This document shows positions 33,953 through 38,960 of a stretch of DNA of 38,960 bases, piece by piece. A model generated the notes under the pieces. The model was given only the letters and a program-made list of their open reading frames with translations. It made no database searches and was not told the origin of the DNA. Position 1 is the first letter of the stretch. Every line of letters begins with the position of its first letter. A program made the position numbers and the translations under genes. Source of the DNA: Asterionella formosa (Eukaryota); contig NKIB01015001.1 of NCBI GenBank assembly GCA_002256025.1, positions 1-38,960 of the forward strand, written 5' to 3'.

Positions 33953-36070
33953 ATGGCTAAGAAGAGGAAGAACACCAAGAAAAAGTCCTCCAACGGAACA
34001 GCAACCGGAGATAACGACGCGGAAACCACTCTAGAAGAAAACATGGAAATGGAAAAGGACGAACATGTAGAGGTGGATTGCATGGACCCCACAGCAAGCG
34101 ATACCGGCAATCTTGAAATTGTTGCTGCGGAGGACTCTGCAGCCGACGATCCACCCCCTGATTCTTTTCCAGACGACGAATCACAAGATGATAAACCATC
34201 TGAGGCCATTCCTGATGTTGGTGGATTTACTTCAGATGAAAAGGACCTTGAGGAGTCGGTTGTGTGCAACGAACCAGCAACAAAGGTGGACGACAACACA
34301 GACGTCACTGGTCAACCTGACAACGATGCAGCAACCGCTGCAAAATTCGCAGAGGAAGAAGGAACTTGCACTGAAACGTTCAAAGAAGTGATGGAAACAG
34401 CTACCTTACTTTCTGAAGATGGACTTATTGCGTCAGTCGTCGTGCTGGAGGAAAAGGACTCCCTTGTGGTACCCAACGAAGCCGAAGCCTTTGAAGGAGA
34501 AGTGGAGGGCACTCCTACGGCATCCAATGACGCAGAGGGAGAAGTTGTATCTTTTAAAGGAGAAGTTGACGACTCTGCTGTGGCACTCCATGAAGTACAC
34601 GAAGAAGCAGCAGCTTCTAGGGGAGAAGAGGAGGACTCTGCTCTTGCACACCATGAAGCAGAGAGAGAAGTTGCTTCTTTGAAAGGAGAAGGAGAAGACT
34701 CTGCTGTGGCACTCAATGAAATAAACGAAGAAGCAGCAGATTCTAAGGCAGAAGAGGAGGACTCGGCTGTGACACCCAATGAAGCAGACGATCAAGCAGC
34801 AACTGTAAAGGGAGAAGAGGAGGACTCTGCTGTGGCACCCAATGAAGCAGAAGAAGAATCACCAACTGTAAAAGGAGAAGAGGAGGTCTCTGCGGTGATA
34901 CCCAATGAAGCAGACGAGGAAGCAGCAGCTGAAAAAGGAGGAGAGGCAGACTCTGCTGCTGTCCCCAATGAAGCAGACGACGGAGCAGCAGCTTCCACTG
35001 AAGAAGAGGTAGACTCTGCTGCTGTACCCATTGAAGCATACGAAGTAGCAGCAGCTTCCACTGGAGAAGAGGTAGACTCTGCTGCTGTCCCCAAGGAAGC
35101 AGACGAAGGAGCAGCAACTTCCACTGGAGAAGAGGAGGACTATGTTATGGCACCCAATGAAGCATACGAAGAAGCATCAGCTATAAAGGAAGACGTGGAC
35201 TCTGTTGTGGCACTCAATGAAGCTGACGACGAAGCAGCAGCTGTAAATGGAGAAGAGGAGGACTCTGATGCGACACCCAATGAAGCAAACAAAGAAGCAG
35301 CAGCTGTAAAGGGAGAAGAGATAGACTCTGCTTCTACGACCAATGAAGCAGACGAAGGGGCAGCAACTTCCACTGGAGGAGAGGAGGATTCTATTGTGGC
35401 ACCCAATGCAGCAGACGAAGAAGCAGCAGCTGTAAAGGGAGACGAAGACTCTGCTCTGGCACCCAATGAAACAGATGAAGAATCAGTATCTGTAAAGGGA
35501 GAAGGGGGAGACTCTGCTGCTGTCCCCAATGAAGCAGACATAGAATCATCAACTGGAAAGGGAGAAGAGGTAGACTCTGCTGCTGCCCCCAATGAAGTAG
35601 ACGAAGGAGCAGCAACTTCCACGGGAGAAGAAGAAGACCCTGCTGTGGCACTCAATGAAACGCAAGAAGGAGCAGCAGATTCTAAAGGAGAGGTGGAGGG
35701 CTCTGCTGCTTTCCTCAATGAAGCAGACGAAGGAGCAGCAGCTGTAAAGGGAGACGAGGACTCTGCTGTGGCACCCAATGAAGCAGAAGAGGAATCTGTT
35801 GTGTCGTTTGCCGAGGTAACTGCTGTGGAGGCAGTACCTGCAGACTCTGCTGTTGAGACCCCTGTTGTGCCGGCTACTGCATCAGAAAAGGTTATTTTTT
35901 ACACGTTGGAAGAACTGAAGGCAGGTGTTGCTGGAGTCGACTATGCAAAGCGTGAACAATACCTCCCGGAGAATGTGTTTCAAGACTTGTTTGGTATGAA
36001 TAATGATCAATTCAAGAAGCTGCCATCATGGAAGCGCATTGCTGCCAAAAAGAAGGTAGGATTGTTTTGA
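33953..36070 (+). CDS. acidic tandem-repeat protein with C-terminal villin headpiece domain
   Basis: 705-aa ORF; C-terminus VDYAKREQYLPENVFQDLFGMNNDQFKKLPSWKRIAAKKKVGLF is a villin headpiece (F..F..F, LP.WK, KK.GLF); basic N-terminus MAKKRKNTKKK. Confidence 0.9.
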   Translation: MAKKRKNTKKKSSNGTATGDNDAETTLEENMEMEKDEHVEVDCMDPTASDTGNLEIVAAEDSAADDPPPDSFPDDESQDDKPSEAIPDVGGFTSDEKDLEESVVCNEPATKVDDNTDVTGQPDNDAATAAKFAEEEGTCTETFKEVMETATLLSEDGLIASVVVLEEKDSLVVPNEAEAFEGEVEGTPTASNDAEGEVVSFKGEVDDSAVALHEVHEEAAASRGEEEDSALAHHEAEREVASLKGEGEDSAVALNEINEEAADSKAEEEDSAVTPNEADDQAATVKGEEEDSAVAPNEAEEESPTVKGEEEVSAVIPNEADEEAAAEKGGEADSAAVPNEADDGAAASTEEEVDSAAVPIEAYEVAAASTGEEVDSAAVPKEADEGAATSTGEEEDYVMAPNEAYEEASAIKEDVDSVVALNEADDEAAAVNGEEEDSDATPNEANKEAAAVKGEEIDSASTTNEADEGAATSTGGEEDSIVAPNAADEEAAAVKGDEDSALAPNETDEESVSVKGEGGDSAAVPNEADIESSTGKGEEVDSAAAPNEVDEGAATSTGEEEDPAVALNETQEGAADSKGEVEGSAAFLNEADEGAAAVKGDEDSAVAPNEAEEESVVSFAEVTAVEAVPADSAVETPVVPATASEKVIFYTLEELKAGVAGVDYAKREQYLPENVFQDLFGMNNDQFKKLPSWKRIAAKKKVGLF
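34523..35796 (+). repeat. coding minisatellite, about 20 copies of a 63-bp (21-aa) unit, three of them 60 bp
   Basis: Consensus near PNEADEEAAAVKGEEEDSAVA; AATGAAGCA at 34778 and 34841 (63 bp apart). Confidence 0.95.
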
Positions 36071-36613
36071 TTTCTAGCATCAAAAACCTTGATCTCGAAA
36101 CACAAAAGAAGTTCACTACGCTCGAGTTAATCTGAGAGTATAGGTAGCAATAACTTTGTTGCGACAAGGGACAACTTTCCTTTTCAACCGGTGTTTTAAG
36201 AATTACAGCCAATTAGAACTATGTTGTTGCAAACAAGCTTCTCAGAGGTTGTTCCAACATAGGTGGTACTGACTGACAATTGGTATCAGCAATGACATTC
36301 GTTTATCTACAGGTAGTGACAAATGGAGTGCTGTAGGAGGCTATGTACAGCTACAGTACCGAGGCACATCTCCATTCCGCGACTTGGTACCCTCACGTTT
36401 TTTCTCCGCCTAGGTATGAAAAACTATTGGTAAAATATTCGAAAGTATCAAGATGTTTTACAAAGTAGAAACAACGACCAGAAAACTTTGAATCGATAAA
36501 CGTTTAAGTCTACCGCTCCTTCTTGCAAGGTCTCGCCTTCCAATTCCAGTTCTACATAGACAGTTACAGCAAACAATTGAAATCTCCTTTCTATCTAAAA
36601 TAAAAAGTTCGTT

Positions 36614-37228
36614 TCAAAGGATCACACAACAAGCAGCTTCTCCTCCACTTCTTTTGAACGACCGCTTGTATCCTTCCAAATAGGTCAACTGTTTTTCATT
36701 GATAGCGCCTTGTCGGTATTTTCGAATGAGCGTAACAGCTTCCACAGGGTCCATATTAGAGAATTCAATCAGGGCTAGTGCCACCATGGCTGGCGCTCGG
36801 CCCAAGCCAGCCACGCAGTGGATCGCAATACACTTCTTCTGAGTGGGAGCTTCGTCCATCTTGAAGAACGACTTTTCCACCAATTTGAGCCATTGATCAA
36901 TGATTTGTTGTGGAGGAGCATGGCCATCTTCATAGGGCATTTCATGCAAATATATTCCAGCATTGACCAATTCGCCGGAAGTATAGGTCGTGGGTTCACA
37001 AACCCGGACCATGTCAGTTACTCCGTGTTTCTTCATTTCCTTGATGTATAAGCCAAGGTTTTGCTGTCGTGGAGCGTCCATGATGAGAAACTTCATAGGT
37101 TCCACGTTGATGACTGTTGGTCGAGGTCCAATCATGATGCTGCTAGTAGGCTGGCTGTTGCTGGACCCTTGTCGAGCAATAGCAGTGGAAGCGGTGCTCG
37201 CGATGGCGGGAGTCATTGATGTTTTCAT
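36614..37228 (-). CDS. PTP4A: prenylated protein tyrosine phosphatase PRL / PTP4A
   Basis: FLIMDAP, VRVCEPTTY, DGHAPP, P-loop HCVAGLGRAP (Ala after Arg, PRL-specific), R..RQGAINEKQL, C-terminal CaaX CCVIL. Confidence 0.93.
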   Translation of the reverse strand: MKTSMTPAIASTASTAIARQGSSNSQPTSSIMIGPRPTVINVEPMKFLIMDAPRQQNLGLYIKEMKKHGVTDMVRVCEPTTYTSGELVNAGIYLHEMPYEDGHAPPQQIIDQWLKLVEKSFFKMDEAPTQKKCIAIHCVAGLGRAPAMVALALIEFSNMDPVEAVTLIRKYRQGAINEKQLTYLEGYKRSFKRSGGEAACCVIL

Positions 37229-37609
37229 TTTCAAATAAGAATGTTGGCTTGGAAGAACAAGTTCAAGGTCTCATAAGTTAGATGGCTACGTTATACGTAT
37301 ATGCACGAATGAAGTCCTAATGCGATGAATCACGTCAGCGCTAATCAAATCAGCCAGGAGTATCAGAACTGGCAGCAACGCTTGTAGTTAGCAGTAGCAA
37401 AAGCCAGTGAGATGCTCCACGTTGATGAGGAGTATGAAAGGGCTGAAGGCAAGAGGGATTCATTAAACAACCTGCTGTCGATTGGTGCCAGCAGGTAGTG
37501 CTTCAAGGGAAAGTTGAATGCGGAGCAAAGAACGATTGCAATACTCCAGTTTCAATGGAAGAGATTCGTGTCGAACCGTAACTGACTGTGCTGTCCACTG
37601 TGCTGGGTT

Positions 37610-38833
37610 CTACCAGGTACCTGGTACGGTACCAGGTACCCTAGTACTACAGTAACAGTGGTAGATTATTCCTGTGGTACAATATGCTATCATGTACACC
37701 GGTATACAAATCGTATTTCGCCATGAACGAACGAAAAAACTACCGTTACCTGGTACTACATATATATGCATGTAGGCTGCTGTCCAGAATTATGACTGCG
37801 ATTAATGGTACAACTACCTACGTTGGAAAGCTGTTACTTGCTTATTCTTGACGTTTCTAGTATATACTGTATAGTAAAGTTACAGTTCATATACTTACCG
37901 GTTATATACCGGGACATCCTCTACCGGTACGTGGTACCGTAGGCTCCCACAAACGAGCAAGCAAACAACCACGAGTAACGGTACCGGTAAGTAGTTTTGT
38001 ATTATATTATTTTTTAGCAGAATTTGACATACCCTGGTCCCACTACTAGGTACCAGGTACTGGTACCAGTACCAGGTACCAGGTTACCGGTGGCTGGGAT
38101 TAATAACGTAGCTAAAATTGTACTCTTGATGTGTACTGGTACCTGGTACCAGGTGCCGCTCTGATCAATACCTGATACCGTTGGGGCAAGAAGACCGGAA
38201 GGATCACTGGTACCTGGTACCAGGGTGGTACAGACACTACCCGGTACCTGGCACCTGTACCTACCAGGGAACCAGGTACGAGAACGAAGTCTTCATATTC
38301 ACAGTACCACCCTGGTACCGAGGTACTGTTACCAGCGTACCAGTAGCAGCACACCGCCGAAAACACAACTGCAACTCAGAGTACAAACCAGTATTAATTA
38401 TTTTTACAAGTAGACTACCTCCATGTACTAGTACGGTAGACATTTACCGGTATGTAGGCCATACATAGAACTTCTGTACATACGCACGAAGATGTACCGG
38501 TATAAGCACTCCAAGTAGCTATCTTATTTACATGATACTAGGTACATATTATAGGAGATCTTGGAATACAGCTGTTTCAATGCACATACCGGTACCAGGT
38601 ACCTGCATTTGCTCAACCGCGGTATCCTCTAAAGAATGGAACCGTGTCAACTTTGCATATTTTATCATGGATCATGATATTTGTGTAATTTTCTAGACCA
38701 GCTTTATTTACATACCGGTACCTGGTACCTGGTAGTAGGAGTGGAGAATACCAGTAGAGATCATCCATTAACAACACCAATATACATTACCTGGCACCTG
38801 GTACCGGTACCTGGTACATGGTACCAGGTACCC
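37610..38833. repeat. largest TACCWGG/TACCGG/GGTACC palindromic array region
   Basis: Dozens of GGTAC/GTACC units; 16-bp perfect palindrome 37611-37626; 32-bp palindrome with one mismatched pair 38049-38080; 12-bp-arm hairpin 38806-38832. Confidence 0.9.
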
Positions 38834-38960
38834 TGTTGAAATGGTCCGTACTCCTTCCCGCGGGTTGGGTCTCTCTTCACGTAGACTCTTACGTGATCGT
38901 AGTACTACCTAGTACCACTCACTTTCTCTCTTGTCTCTGCTTCTAGCCTTCCTGCTAGAT
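38834..38960 (-). mobile_element. second LTR of the same copia family (3' LTR of another copy or solo LTR), truncated by window end
   Basis: 122/127 identity to 2741-2867 in the same orientation; its left flank is genomic GGTACC array rather than the gag leader. Confidence 0.92.

Noticed and set aside
34312..35778. Ser/Ala-rich minus-strand ORFs; 63-bp repeats as CRISPR
   Set aside because: Antisense shadows of the coding minisatellite; there are no unique spacers or cas genes and the context is eukaryotic.
38112..38468. Short ORFs rich in VP/GT/YQ
   Set aside because: By-products of the TACCWGG arrays.
2741..38960. The two LTRs as ends of one 36-kb giant element
   Set aside because: gag-pol lies outside (left of) the interval, the interior is ordinary host genes, and the inner flanks lack PBS/PPT; two separate insertions fit better.

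Overview
Eukaryotic nuclear DNA, most likely a diatom or other stramenopile. The basis is GT-AG introns, eukaryote-type genes and decayed transposase families of the kind seen in diatoms; this is an inference and no search was run. The window holds about ten intact host genes: GPN1 GTPase with two introns, a small membrane protein, a saccharopine-dehydrogenase-like oxidoreductase, an orphan ORF, a two-RRM nucleolin-like protein, a bacterial-type PTS EIIC-like membrane protein, an ABC1/ADCK1 kinase, a CCDC137-like protein, an acidic 21-aa-repeat protein with a villin headpiece, and a PRL/PTP4A phosphatase. Between them lie transposon remnants (PIF/Harbinger, hAT, pogo-like, a Ulp1+Cys-rich element, a MITE) and a tRNA-derived element. 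A defective Ty1/copia element occupies the left end, and a second LTR of the same family begins at the right end. The most unusual signals are five. (1) Irregular arrays of self-complementary TACCWGG/TACCGG/GGTACC units cluster mainly in gene 5' flanks. (2) Both copia LTR junctions fall exactly inside these arrays. (3) A perfect palindrome sits where the copia tRNA primer-binding site should be. (4) An intronless PTS-EIIC-like gene is present in a eukaryote. (5) A tRNA-like element has two B-boxes and an encoded CCA.
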